Of a stretch of 64,000 nucleotides of DNA, positions 1 through 8,788 are shown piece by piece. The stretch spans positions 95,270-159,269 of the forward strand of contig CAZSSM010000002.1 in NCBI GenBank assembly GCA_964609385.1, read 5' to 3'. Origin of the DNA: an uncultured Planctomycetia bacterium. GTDB taxonomy: Bacteria; Planctomycetota; Planctomycetia; Isosphaerales; Isosphaeraceae. The notes beneath the pieces are model-generated. The model searched no databases. It was not told the origin of the DNA and saw nothing but the letters and a program-made list of their open reading frames with translations. How positions within the stretch are numbered: the stretch's first letter is position 1; every line of letters starts with the position of its first letter. The translations under genes and the position numbers were made by a program.

Positions 1-505
1 GGCCACGCCATAAAATGGAGGGCCCTATGGAAACCAGAGTAGCGTGAGCGGGTCGTTCGGACGACCCTCCCGGTCTTTCTATGCCGTTCTTGGGCCAGGG
101 ATTCGGGCTGCCGGAGGACCACCAAACGCCCACCGTGCCCGATCAAATCACGCGACGGGTCCGTGCCGAACCCGTGAACGTTGCCGCAAATCGACGCGTG
201 CCCAGAGTCGATCGGATCGGTCCAGGACCCAAGGGGGCGCGTCGTCGCTCGATTGCGTAGGATCCGCCATCCGAGGTCACCGCGTCCCTTTTCCAAGGTC
301 ATGGCATGGGACGAGAGCCCGATCGCGTCGTCACATGGACGACTGGACCGACGTAGCCGATGCGTCCTCAACCACGGCAAAGGACTGGGCCAGATCGCTA
401 ATCCCAGCAGCGACCCTTTCTCCACAACGAAAGAGGGATCTTTGGCTTGTCCGTCGGCCTATTGACTCTCTCCACATCCGCCAACGGACAAGGAGTTTTT
501 CGAGC

Positions 506-1354
506 GTGAATCGCAACAAGATTCCGAACCGGCTGATGGTTGTTGGTTTGCTGTGGTTGGTCACCGGCCAGGCTCAAGCCAACGTCACCGACTTCACCAC
601 CTGGACCCTCGTGGAGGATCCGGCCGACCCGGACTTCGGCGCTTCGGTGACCTCGACCTTGGCAACGGTGACCGCCGCCGACGGCCCGGTCGGATCTGGC
701 ACGGATATCGGCTTCCAGAGCGTCGACGGTGCCACGCCGGCCGGATCGAACTTTGGATTCGCCTTCGATCCCTCCAGCAGCTTCGAGTTGGCCATCGACT
801 TCGACCTGTCGTTCACCGGGAGCCCATCGGGCCTGCTCGGCCTCGGCTTCGGGATCGGCGAAGACTCGGACGGGACCAACTCGGCCGGCGTGGCGATCTT
901 GACCAACAACGGCAGTGTCTTCGGTCCCTTCGGTGGGGCATCCCGCATCAACGATGTCGATCAGGCCCCCTTGGTCCTCTCGACGGGCGCATCGCTATCG
1001 GGCACCTTCTTCGTCGGCTACGATGCGGTCACCGGTGACGTGACCGTTGGCGCTTCGCAGACCCCTAGCGCTTCCACGCCCGACGCCGTCGGGACCTTCG
1101 CCGGCATCCAGAACCAGTGGGGCGGCGGCGATCTGCTCGCCTCGTTCTTCCTCCGAAGCCAGGACCTCCCCCTGCCCGGCTTCGATCCTTGGCAAGGTGG
1201 TGGCACTGCCGAGGCCGTCTTCTCCAACCTCCGTGTCCTCAACGGCGATCCGAAGTCGGTCGGGGTCATCCCTGAGCCAGCCACGATCGCCCTGGCTGTC
1301 CCCGGCCTGATCGCCCTCGGAGCTTGGACCCGACTCGGGAGACGTCGCGGTTGA
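506..1354 (+). CDS. PEP-CTERM sorting-domain secreted protein
   Basis: In-frame GTG at 506 (ATG at 536) gives the signal peptide MNRNKIPNRLMVVGLLWLVTGQAQA. Gly/Asp/Thr-rich body. C-terminus IPEPATIALAVPGLIALGAWTRLGRRRG* is a PEP motif plus TM helix plus Arg cluster (exosortase signal). Sequence upstream of 506 in the same ORF is not protein-like. Confidence 0.6.
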   Translation: MNRNKIPNRLMVVGLLWLVTGQAQANVTDFTTWTLVEDPADPDFGASVTSTLATVTAADGPVGSGTDIGFQSVDGATPAGSNFGFAFDPSSSFELAIDFDLSFTGSPSGLLGLGFGIGEDSDGTNSAGVAILTNNGSVFGPFGGASRINDVDQAPLVLSTGASLSGTFFVGYDAVTGDVTVGASQTPSASTPDAVGTFAGIQNQWGGGDLLASFFLRSQDLPLPGFDPWQGGGTAEAVFSNLRVLNGDPKSVGVIPEPATIALAVPGLIALGAWTRLGRRRG

Positions 1355-1445
1355 TCCTCGATCTGTCGTCCTCGACCGTTGAGAACGCATATTCCCGACC
1401 CCCGAATCCTATGCCGCGATCGGTCGGTTCACTCAGGTCGGGGCA

Positions 1446-2807
1446 ATGACGATCGCGCCCGATCAGACAAGCTCGAGCCGTCGAGGATCTCAAGCGATCG
1501 TTGACCGGACGGTCGGATTAAGCACGCTGGGCCTGCTATCGTTGGGCCTGGCGACCTGGCTCGGCGCCCGGCTCTCGTGGCCATCCTGGATCGCTGAGCC
1601 CCACCCGATCGTCTTCGAACTGCCGGTGTTGGCGATCGTCATCGTCCTGTTATATGATGCTCGTAATGCGCTCATCGCCGAGCGACGCGCCGAGTCGTGG
1701 CATGGTGATCTGACGACTTCCGGTGGATTGGTCGTTGCTTGTCTCTCCGTCCAGTTCGCGATCGTCGAGGGAGGGCCGGTCGGCTCGGCTCTGGCCGATG
1801 CGATCGGTATCGGAGTGGTCGGTTGCCTGATCCTGGCGGTCGGTCGTCGAGGGCCTCGGCTCGTCGAATCGCCTCGGGCGCGCGTCTTCCTTGAAGCGTC
1901 CGAGACCCATCGATTGGTCCGAAAGGCACTGGGCTCGGGCCAGGCCGTGCTGTTGGGTTTGGCATTGGGGGCGGGTCTCCTCTGGCGGTTGTTGTCCGGA
2001 AGCAACACGGAGGCGTGTCGGGTCGCCTCGGCGGTCCTGCTCGCCGGGTCGCCTCGCGGTTTGCTCCTGGCCCTTGAGGTCCCTTGGAGGGTCGCCCGCG
2101 TCCAAGCGCATCGACTCAAAGTCCGATCCCGCGACGCCTCGGCTTGGGAGCGGCTCGACTGGGCCGATGTGCTGGTGCTCGACGCGACCTCAGGGCCGCT
2201 CCATATCCCGGACGTCCCCGCGCTCCGGATTCGATCGGCGCTCAAGGCGACCGGTAAGTCGCTCGATGCAATCGGCTGCGATTCCGAGTCGGGCGACGCC
2301 TTGACGAGCCTCGGGTGCGTCTGGGGGAGCGGCCCCAATCCGATCTGGACGGTCACGACGCCCGACGATGTTCTGGCCACCCTCGATCAGATCCGCAACG
2401 CCAACGGCCGTATTCGGAAAAGGCTCGCGATTCTGAGCGAATCAGGGACGTCCCAGACACTAGGTTTGTCGGGAAAAATGAGTTGGAATCAATCTGATAT
2501 CGTGTTGACACTCGCTCATGACCCAAAGGCCTTCAGCGCCTCAACGACTTCCGCACCGGAGACGCGGCTTCCGAATGACTTGGTCATCCCGTCCGACCGA
2601 CCGTCTGTGTTGGCCGACGTGATGCGACTGGCCCGATCGACTTCAACGGCGATTCACCGCAACCTCTTTTGGGCGTTGGTCCTGCTGACGACCGGCGTCC
2701 CGGTCGCCATCCTCCAACTGGCTGGTCCTGGGACCCCTGCCCTCGCTGCGATCACGGCCAGCATCGGTGTCGCTGCCGTCACCATCCGACAGCGACGACC
2801 CCAGTAG
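1446..2807 (+). CDS. Degenerate, miniaturised P-type (P1B-like) ATPase homologue (membrane protein, probably non-catalytic)
   Basis: Multi-TM N-terminus. AGSPRGLLLALEVPW sits where the CPC TM6 motif would be. VLVLDATSGPL replaces DKTGTLT. ESGDALTSLG replaces GDGxNDAP. SDIVLTLAHD...IHRNLFWALVLLTTGVPVAILQ...AAVTIRQRR matches the ATPase hinge and C-terminal TM7-8 (aDIVLm..dL / NLfwA..yN..giP.A). Only ~30 aa lie between the P-motif relics, so the N-domain is missing. Confidence 0.5.
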   Translation: MTIAPDQTSSSRRGSQAIVDRTVGLSTLGLLSLGLATWLGARLSWPSWIAEPHPIVFELPVLAIVIVLLYDARNALIAERRAESWHGDLTTSGGLVVACLSVQFAIVEGGPVGSALADAIGIGVVGCLILAVGRRGPRLVESPRARVFLEASETHRLVRKALGSGQAVLLGLALGAGLLWRLLSGSNTEACRVASAVLLAGSPRGLLLALEVPWRVARVQAHRLKVRSRDASAWERLDWADVLVLDATSGPLHIPDVPALRIRSALKATGKSLDAIGCDSESGDALTSLGCVWGSGPNPIWTVTTPDDVLATLDQIRNANGRIRKRLAILSESGTSQTLGLSGKMSWNQSDIVLTLAHDPKAFSASTTSAPETRLPNDLVIPSDRPSVLADVMRLARSTSTAIHRNLFWALVLLTTGVPVAILQLAGPGTPALAAITASIGVAAVTIRQRRPQ

Positions 2808-3893
2808 TACCGACCGGGTGGTGGCTCCCGATCGGCTCCATGGACCCGCGATGCGATCCCCACTGTCGACATCGGGCAACACGGGTTTCGTGGGAAGAGG
2901 AAGAAGAAGGGAAGATCGATTTCGGGCTTCGGACCGTCCTCGACGGGTTAAGGCGAAGCGCAGGCCGCCCAGCCCGACCAGGAGCATCGCGGCCGAGGTC
3001 GGCTCGGGCACGGCGGCAACGTTGTACCCGATCGCGATCAGGTCGATGCTTCCCTCAGCGCTGCTGACGCTCGGATCGAGGTCCAGGGGTGTGATCTGGA
3101 ACCCGGCCAAGCTGTTGAGCGTGCCGGTCCCGTCGAAGTCCTCGATGTCGAAGGCGACGCCGGCCAGCGGGACGTCGTCGATGACGGTCTCCTCGGGCAG
3201 ACCGATGTTGGCACCGTTCTCGAGGAAGAGGGCCATATCGAACCCGGTCAGGCCGAAGTCGCCCAGGTCCGAGTTGCCGAAGTTGTTCGGCCCCGGGCCC
3301 GAGGCGAGTCGGAGAACGAAGTCGCCGATCAGGTCGCCGTTGGCGTCGATCGGTCGGAGATCAACCGCATCGTCACCGATGATGTCGATGAGGAAGAAGT
3401 CGTTTGCCGCGCCTGGGGCGCCGACGATCGATCTGCCGAAAAAGACTTCGAACGGCTGGATGGGGTTGCTCGTGTCGCCGGTCGCTCCGGCGTTGTCCAG
3501 GCCAGCGCCGACGTTGGTGCCGAGGATCGACGAGATGCCTGTCGGCTCGGCCCCTTGGAAGCCGTAGACGTTGCGGATCAGGTCGCCGGCGGGCGGTTCC
3601 AAGCCGGTCGGGAAGGTCACGATGTTGGTGGCGTCGACCGGTCCTGCGATCGCGTTGACCAGGCCCGCCGAGGTCCCGAAGCCGGTGATCGTCGCCTCGC
3701 TGGTGGCTACATCGGGGGCATCGCTGAAGTTGGGCCGGATGAAGCCGTTGGGCACGCCGGCGAAATCGGCATCGACCAGGTCGACCGTCGGCTCCGACTC
3801 AAACAGCAACGTCGTCAATGGGAGGACGTCGGCCGAGGTCGGGCCGGCCAGCACCATCGCGGTGACCAGAGCGATCGCGAAACGAATTTGCAT
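2643..3893 (-). CDS. PEP-CTERM sorting-domain secreted protein with atypical 96-aa post-anchor extension
   Basis: Signal peptide MQIRFAIALVTAMVLAGPTSA starts at the ATG at 3893. Gly/Asp-rich secreted body. VPEPTSAAMLLVGLGGLRFALTRRGRS is a PEP-CTERM motif ending near 2931, but no stop follows. The ORF reads on for 96 junk-like residues to 2643 and overlaps the 3' end of the convergent gene at 1446..2807. Confidence 0.55.
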   Translation of the reverse strand: MQIRFAIALVTAMVLAGPTSADVLPLTTLLFESEPTVDLVDADFAGVPNGFIRPNFSDAPDVATSEATITGFGTSAGLVNAIAGPVDATNIVTFPTGLEPPAGDLIRNVYGFQGAEPTGISSILGTNVGAGLDNAGATGDTSNPIQPFEVFFGRSIVGAPGAANDFFLIDIIGDDAVDLRPIDANGDLIGDFVLRLASGPGPNNFGNSDLGDFGLTGFDMALFLENGANIGLPEETVIDDVPLAGVAFDIEDFDGTGTLNSLAGFQITPLDLDPSVSSAEGSIDLIAIGYNVAAVPEPTSAAMLLVGLGGLRFALTRRGRSEARNRSSLLLPLPTKPVLPDVDSGDRIAGPWSRSGATTRSVLLGSSLSDGDGSDTDAGRDRSEGRGPRTSQLEDGDRDAGRQQDQRPKEVAVNRR

Positions 3894-4279
3894 GGGGAGA
3901 TCTCCTGCCTCATTCAAAGAGACAAAGGGGGGTGCCAAATAATGCGATTGTCGATCGTAGATACGTCATCTGCGACCGTTAACCATCGACTCTAACGGTA
4001 GCGGATTATGAGAATGGTGTGCGCTCACACAGAGGGAACTGGTTGTGACCTTGCCGTCGAGCGTGCCGAATATGAGTGACCGACCCGTTCCATCTGAGAG
4101 GATATCGGTCCGGAGAGGAGGGAAGCTCATTCGAACCGACGCGGTCTGCGAAGCCGCTCTCCCAACACCGTCCTCGACCGTCCCCCGGGATCGCAACAAC
4201 GAAAGCGTGGGAGAAGTGTGTGTTTTTATTCTTGGGCAGTTTTATGCTATTGTAGGTAAACAACCGCAAGGTAAATTTT

Positions 4280-5737
4280 TTACTTTTGGCTGAGGCGTGT
4301 TGGCTCCTCGGTGATCCAGGGGAAGAGCAAAGGCCCCGGAGGTTCCTCAAGCCAAGGATGGTAACGATTGGCCTGTTCGATCCGCTCGGCCAGCGGGGGA
4401 TGGGTCCATCGGAAGATGCGGTCGAACCAGCCGGGCCGCGGAAGGCTGAGGTTCTCGCGTTGGAGGGTAGCGAAGGCCGAGGCAACGGCCCGGTTATCGC
4501 GGGTCAACTCGAGGGCGTAGAGGTCGGCCTGACGCTCCGACCATCGGCTGATAGCGTTCTGTCCGGGCAGGCTGACGAAGCTCACCAGCGCGAAGACCAG
4601 CAGGAGCATGGGGATGCTGGCGAAATCATCGAGGCGTGGACCCCCATCTGGGTCGTGGCTCTGGCCGACCTCAGGGTCCGAGGTCCCGACGGTCCGCCCT
4701 CGGCAACGCGCGAGCCAGGACCGTGCCAGCCGATCGATTACGAACAGCGCCAGCAGGATCCCCAACGGTGCACCGAGGACCGCCAAGGTCACATGGCCGA
4801 GCACGTAATGACCGATCTCGTGACCGACCACCGCCAGCAGTTCGTCGTCGGCCAAGCGCTCCAGGGCCGTATCCCAAAAGACGATCCGATGGGAGAACCC
4901 GAGGCCGGTCACGTACGCGTTGACCGTCTTGGTATCCTCGCTCATGTTGACCTGATAAATTTCCGCGTCAGCGATCCCCGAACGGTCGGCCAGCACCGCG
5001 ATCCGCTCGCGCAGCTCGTCGTTGGCCAAAGGCACGTACTCGTGGAACAAGGGGTCGATCATGATCGGCGTGACTAGCACCAGGAACGCCAGATACGGGA
5101 AGCTCAACAGACCCAGCCAGAGCCACCAGCGCCTCGGGCTTTTTCGGATCAGCGCCATCGGAATCCAGCCGAACACCCAGGCGCCACCCAAGGTCAAGCC
5201 AAGCCCCTTCAGCGACTGGACCAGCCAGCGATCGAGGCTCTGGTTCGAGAGGTCGTAGGCGTGGAGCCGCACATAGCCCGCGTAATAGCTCAAGGGGAAT
5301 CGCAGCACGTATTCCAAGCTGAGATAGACCGTTAAGTAGATGACCAGGGCGAGATACCAGGACCGTCCCCAACTCCAGGCGAGGTCGCGGATCCGTGCAG
5401 AGAACCCGCTGAAAAAGACACTGGCCGGGATCGCCAGGCGCAGGGCCCAACTTAGGCACCAGAGCCAGCGCGACTCCTCATGAAAGGCGAGCACGTCGGG
5501 AGCCGGGTCGGGCACGACGATCGGATCGACCAAGAGGTCCCGACCATCAACCATCGACGTGTCGGACGTGTCCTCGACATCCTCGGATCGGCCACCCGGC
5601 TCGATCGGCAAGCCTCCAGGCATCAACGGCTCCGACGCCCCAGCCCAGACCGCTGAAACGATACCCATTCCTAGGCCGAGCACGACCCAGATGCCCAAGG
5701 TCTGCGCGATTGGGCTCATCGTCTTCGCTGTCCACAT
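4280..5737 (-). CDS. M48-family zinc metallopeptidase (Ste24/HtpX-like), membrane-bound
   Basis: Multi-TM protein with HEIGHYVLGH (HExxH) and a downstream glutamate, typical of M48 CAAX-protease-like peptidases. Confidence 0.75.
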   Translation of the reverse strand: MWTAKTMSPIAQTLGIWVVLGLGMGIVSAVWAGASEPLMPGGLPIEPGGRSEDVEDTSDTSMVDGRDLLVDPIVVPDPAPDVLAFHEESRWLWCLSWALRLAIPASVFFSGFSARIRDLAWSWGRSWYLALVIYLTVYLSLEYVLRFPLSYYAGYVRLHAYDLSNQSLDRWLVQSLKGLGLTLGGAWVFGWIPMALIRKSPRRWWLWLGLLSFPYLAFLVLVTPIMIDPLFHEYVPLANDELRERIAVLADRSGIADAEIYQVNMSEDTKTVNAYVTGLGFSHRIVFWDTALERLADDELLAVVGHEIGHYVLGHVTLAVLGAPLGILLALFVIDRLARSWLARCRGRTVGTSDPEVGQSHDPDGGPRLDDFASIPMLLLVFALVSFVSLPGQNAISRWSERQADLYALELTRDNRAVASAFATLQRENLSLPRPGWFDRIFRWTHPPLAERIEQANRYHPWLEEPPGPLLFPWITEEPTRLSQK

Positions 5738-5830
5738 CGGCCTGTGGGGCTCCGAATCATGCCGGTTTGAGGATCGCCATTGTTTCGATCCTCAACGCCG
5801 GGCGGATGGATCTCTTCCCGTCCAATCTGC

Positions 5831-6688
5831 TCAACAGTCGGCGACGACAACTGGGTCGAACGGATCCTCGGCCTCGCTGGAGGTCAAGAGCCGCTGGGCG
5901 ATTTCCTGATTGATCTCGACGCGACGGATCCGGAGCGTGCGGCCCTCGTGCGGGTCGATCTCCAGCAGGGTGCCGCAGAGCCGGGGATCGCCCTGAGCGA
6001 TCTCGAAGTGGTGGAAGACGCCGGTCAGTGTTGAGGCCAAGACCCGATCATAGCGGCGCCCGATGACCGAGTCGTAGGGACCGGTCATCCCGACGTCGGT
6101 CTGATAGCCGGTCCCGCCGACGAAGATCTGCTCGTCGGCGGTTGGGACATGGGTGTGCGTGCCCAGGACCGCCGTGACCCGGCCGTCGAGATAGCGGCCC
6201 AGCAACTGCTTCTCGCTGGTCGCCTCGGCGTGGATATCGACGAGGATCACTGGGACCGACACGCCGATCTGGTCCAGGAGCCGATCGCTGGTCCGGAACG
6301 GGCAGTCGACCGGCTTCATGTAGGTCCGGCCCAGCAGGGAGATGATGCCGACGGGCGTCCCATCACGTGCCTCGACGAGCACCACCTCCGGGCCAGGCGC
6401 TTCGGGTGGCAGATTGGCCGGCCGACAGATCCGGCTGGACCGTTCGAAGAGGTCGAAGATCTCGTCGCGCTTGAAGACATGGTCACCCATGGTGAAGGCG
6501 TCGACGCCGGCCTCGACCAGTTCATCGTAGCACTTACCGGTCAGGCCGGAGCCTCCGGCGGCGTTCTCGGCGTTGCAGACGACCAGATCGAGATCCCAGC
6601 GGTGTCGGAGCCTCGGTAGGGCTTGTCCGACGATCGCGCGGCCGGGATTACCGACCACGTCCCCGATGAAGAGCAGACGAAGACCCAT
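5831..6688 (-). CDS. ymdB: YmdB-like metallophosphoesterase (2',3'-cyclic-nucleotide phosphodiesterase family, TIGR00282)
   Basis: LLFIGDVVGNPGR...VVCNAENAAGGSGLT...GDHVF...VDIHAEATSEK...GTHTHVPTAD are calcineurin-like metal-binding motifs in YmdB order. It lies directly downstream of rny, as in Firmicutes. Confidence 0.8.
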   Translation of the reverse strand: MGLRLLFIGDVVGNPGRAIVGQALPRLRHRWDLDLVVCNAENAAGGSGLTGKCYDELVEAGVDAFTMGDHVFKRDEIFDLFERSSRICRPANLPPEAPGPEVVLVEARDGTPVGIISLLGRTYMKPVDCPFRTSDRLLDQIGVSVPVILVDIHAEATSEKQLLGRYLDGRVTAVLGTHTHVPTADEQIFVGGTGYQTDVGMTGPYDSVIGRRYDRVLASTLTGVFHHFEIAQGDPRLCGTLLEIDPHEGRTLRIRRVEINQEIAQRLLTSSEAEDPFDPVVVADC

Positions 6689-6887
6689 GCGATTCGGCCA
6701 TCCTTGTGGCTGGAAGGCGGAGCGGGTGTCGGTGCGGGCCGTTTCGAATCGGTCAGGTCACCGGAAGCGCAGACCTCAACGCAACTCCCGAGCCCGGCAA
6801 CGTCCCGAGCCGCGAGCCCAGCAACCCGAGTGGGCGGTCGGGCGAGCAGATCGAAGCTCCCCTAGAAATCCTATGTGCGCGGCGACT

Positions 6888-6901
6888 GTTCGGATCCGAA
6901 C
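6888..6901 (-). promoter_or_regulatory. 14-bp perfect palindrome GTTCGGATCCGAAC in the rny-ymdB intergenic region
   Basis: Reverse-complement identical. Lies about 60 nt downstream of the rny stop and upstream of ymdB on the minus strand. Possible hairpin or attenuator; weak evidence. Confidence 0.25.
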
Positions 6902-6961
6902 GATCCGAGGACGGGGAGACCGTTGACAACTCCCGACGCGTCTCAGCCGAGCCAGGCTGGT

Positions 6962-8587
6962 TCAGCGGGCCCAAGCCATCGCGCGAACCTCACGGAAGAC
7001 GACGACGCGAACGTCCTCGCCTGAGCCCCCCCCGCGCGAGGCGATCGTCCGCACGAGGCTCTCACAGAGTTGATGGGTCCCTTGATCGTCGAGCGTGCCG
7101 CTGTCGACGAGCACATGCAGCTCCCGGCCGGCACGAACGGCGAAGGCCTGCTCGACGTCGGGGTGATTGTAGGCGATCGCCTCCAACTGTTCGACCCGTT
7201 GCAGCCGACGTTCAACGGCCTCGTGTCGCGCTCCTGGCCGGGCGGCGCTGAGCGCGTCGGCGGTGGCCACGACGGCCGTGTACGGATCGAGGACCCGGCG
7301 GTCCTGATGGTGGTCCCGCGCCGCGGCGATGACCGGATCGGGCTGGCCCAGCCGACGCAACCAGTCGGCACCTGCCTGGTCGTGCGAGCCGGGATGGCTT
7401 GGATCGGCCAGTTTGCCCAGGTCGTGCAGCAAGCCGCAATGCCGGGCCAAGTCGGGGTCCAGGCCCAGTTCCTCGGCCAGCAGGCCAGCCAGGATCGCCA
7501 CCTCGATGCTGTGGAGCCGGAGGTTCTGAGCGCAACTGGTCCGGAACTGCATCTCGCCCAGGGCCTCCAGCAACTCGGTCGACTCCAAGGGGACGCCGGC
7601 GCGATCGGCGGCCTCGTGGCCCAGCTCCGTGACCCGTTCGCCCAGCGCGGCCTGTGACTCGGCGACGGCCTCCTCGATGCGACTTGGGTCGATCCGACCG
7701 TCATCCAGGAGCCGTTGCAGGCTCATCCGGGCCACCTCGCGTCGACGTCCATCGAAGCTCGAGAGCAGGACCTGCTGCGGAGCCTCATCGACGATCAGGT
7801 CGCAGCCGGTGGCCCGCTCGAAGGCCCGGATGTTGCGTCCCTCTCGGCCGACGATCCGCGCCTTCAGCTTCTCGTCGGGCAGGCTCAGGCTGACCGAAGT
7901 GACCTGGCCGACCTCGGTGCCGGCGAACCGAGGGAGGACCGCCGCCAGCAGCTCGCGGGCCAGCCGCTGACGATCCTCACCCCATCGCCGTTCGAAGCCC
8001 CGACGTCGACGCTCCAGGTCGGCCGCCATCGACGACTCGAACCGCTCCAGGATCTCGGCACGGGCTTGATCTTCGTCCAGCCCGGCCAGGTGTAGCCGCT
8101 CGGTTCGGCAGGCCAGCTCGGCCTCCTCCAAGGCCGAGGCCCGCCGATCCATGGCTGTCCGCTCCGTCTCGATCCGCCGCCAGGCCGCGTCCAGCTCGTC
8201 GGCCCGACGCGTCAAGCGATCGGCCTGCTGGTCCAGCCCCTTGGCCCGAAGCTCCAGGCGATGCTCCCGATGGCAGAGCTGGTCCAGGATCGTCCGCGAC
8301 TCCGACTCGGCCCCCTTTTGGGCATCCAGACGGATCTGCTCGGCCTCCAGCTCGGCGTGGCGACGGAGCGACTCGGCCTCCAGCCGCGCCTCCTCGAGGA
8401 TCCGGACGCCCTCCTGGCCGGCCAGCTCGATCCGCTGCTTGGCCAGGATCCGGACGGCCATCCACGCCACCCCCAGACCGATCCAGAGGCCGGTCATCAG
8501 GCCGATCGGGAATCCGGGATTGGCGGACAGCGACGACTCGACCACAATGCTCACCCGTTCCGGTTCGCCCTCGTTATCGACGAACAT
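6962..8587 (-). CDS. rny: Ribonuclease Y (N-terminal TM, coiled coil, KH domain, HD domain)
   Basis: TM segment GLMTGLWIGLGVAWMAV, long charged coiled coil, KH motif KARIVGREGRNIRAFERATGCDLIVD, HD motif HSIEVA...LLHDLGK. The true start may be the internal Met near 8497. Confidence 0.85.
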   Translation of the reverse strand: MFVDNEGEPERVSIVVESSLSANPGFPIGLMTGLWIGLGVAWMAVRILAKQRIELAGQEGVRILEEARLEAESLRRHAELEAEQIRLDAQKGAESESRTILDQLCHREHRLELRAKGLDQQADRLTRRADELDAAWRRIETERTAMDRRASALEEAELACRTERLHLAGLDEDQARAEILERFESSMAADLERRRRGFERRWGEDRQRLARELLAAVLPRFAGTEVGQVTSVSLSLPDEKLKARIVGREGRNIRAFERATGCDLIVDEAPQQVLLSSFDGRRREVARMSLQRLLDDGRIDPSRIEEAVAESQAALGERVTELGHEAADRAGVPLESTELLEALGEMQFRTSCAQNLRLHSIEVAILAGLLAEELGLDPDLARHCGLLHDLGKLADPSHPGSHDQAGADWLRRLGQPDPVIAAARDHHQDRRVLDPYTAVVATADALSAARPGARHEAVERRLQRVEQLEAIAYNHPDVEQAFAVRAGRELHVLVDSGTLDDQGTHQLCESLVRTIASRGGGSGEDVRVVVFREVRAMAWAR

Positions 8588-8788
8588 GCAAGCTTATCCA
8601 CACCCCTCGACCCGAGACACCCTCGGGACGGACCAGCGGGGCTGTCGATCAAGCCTAGGACATCCCCAGCGATCGGGGATGCATGAACGATCGCCGAGGC
8701 ACGGGCGGCCTGGATTGGATCATCGAGCCCAACACCCAGCGCGGGTCGCCTTGAGCCCTCCCCCGGACGCACTTCCAAGAGGATCGCG

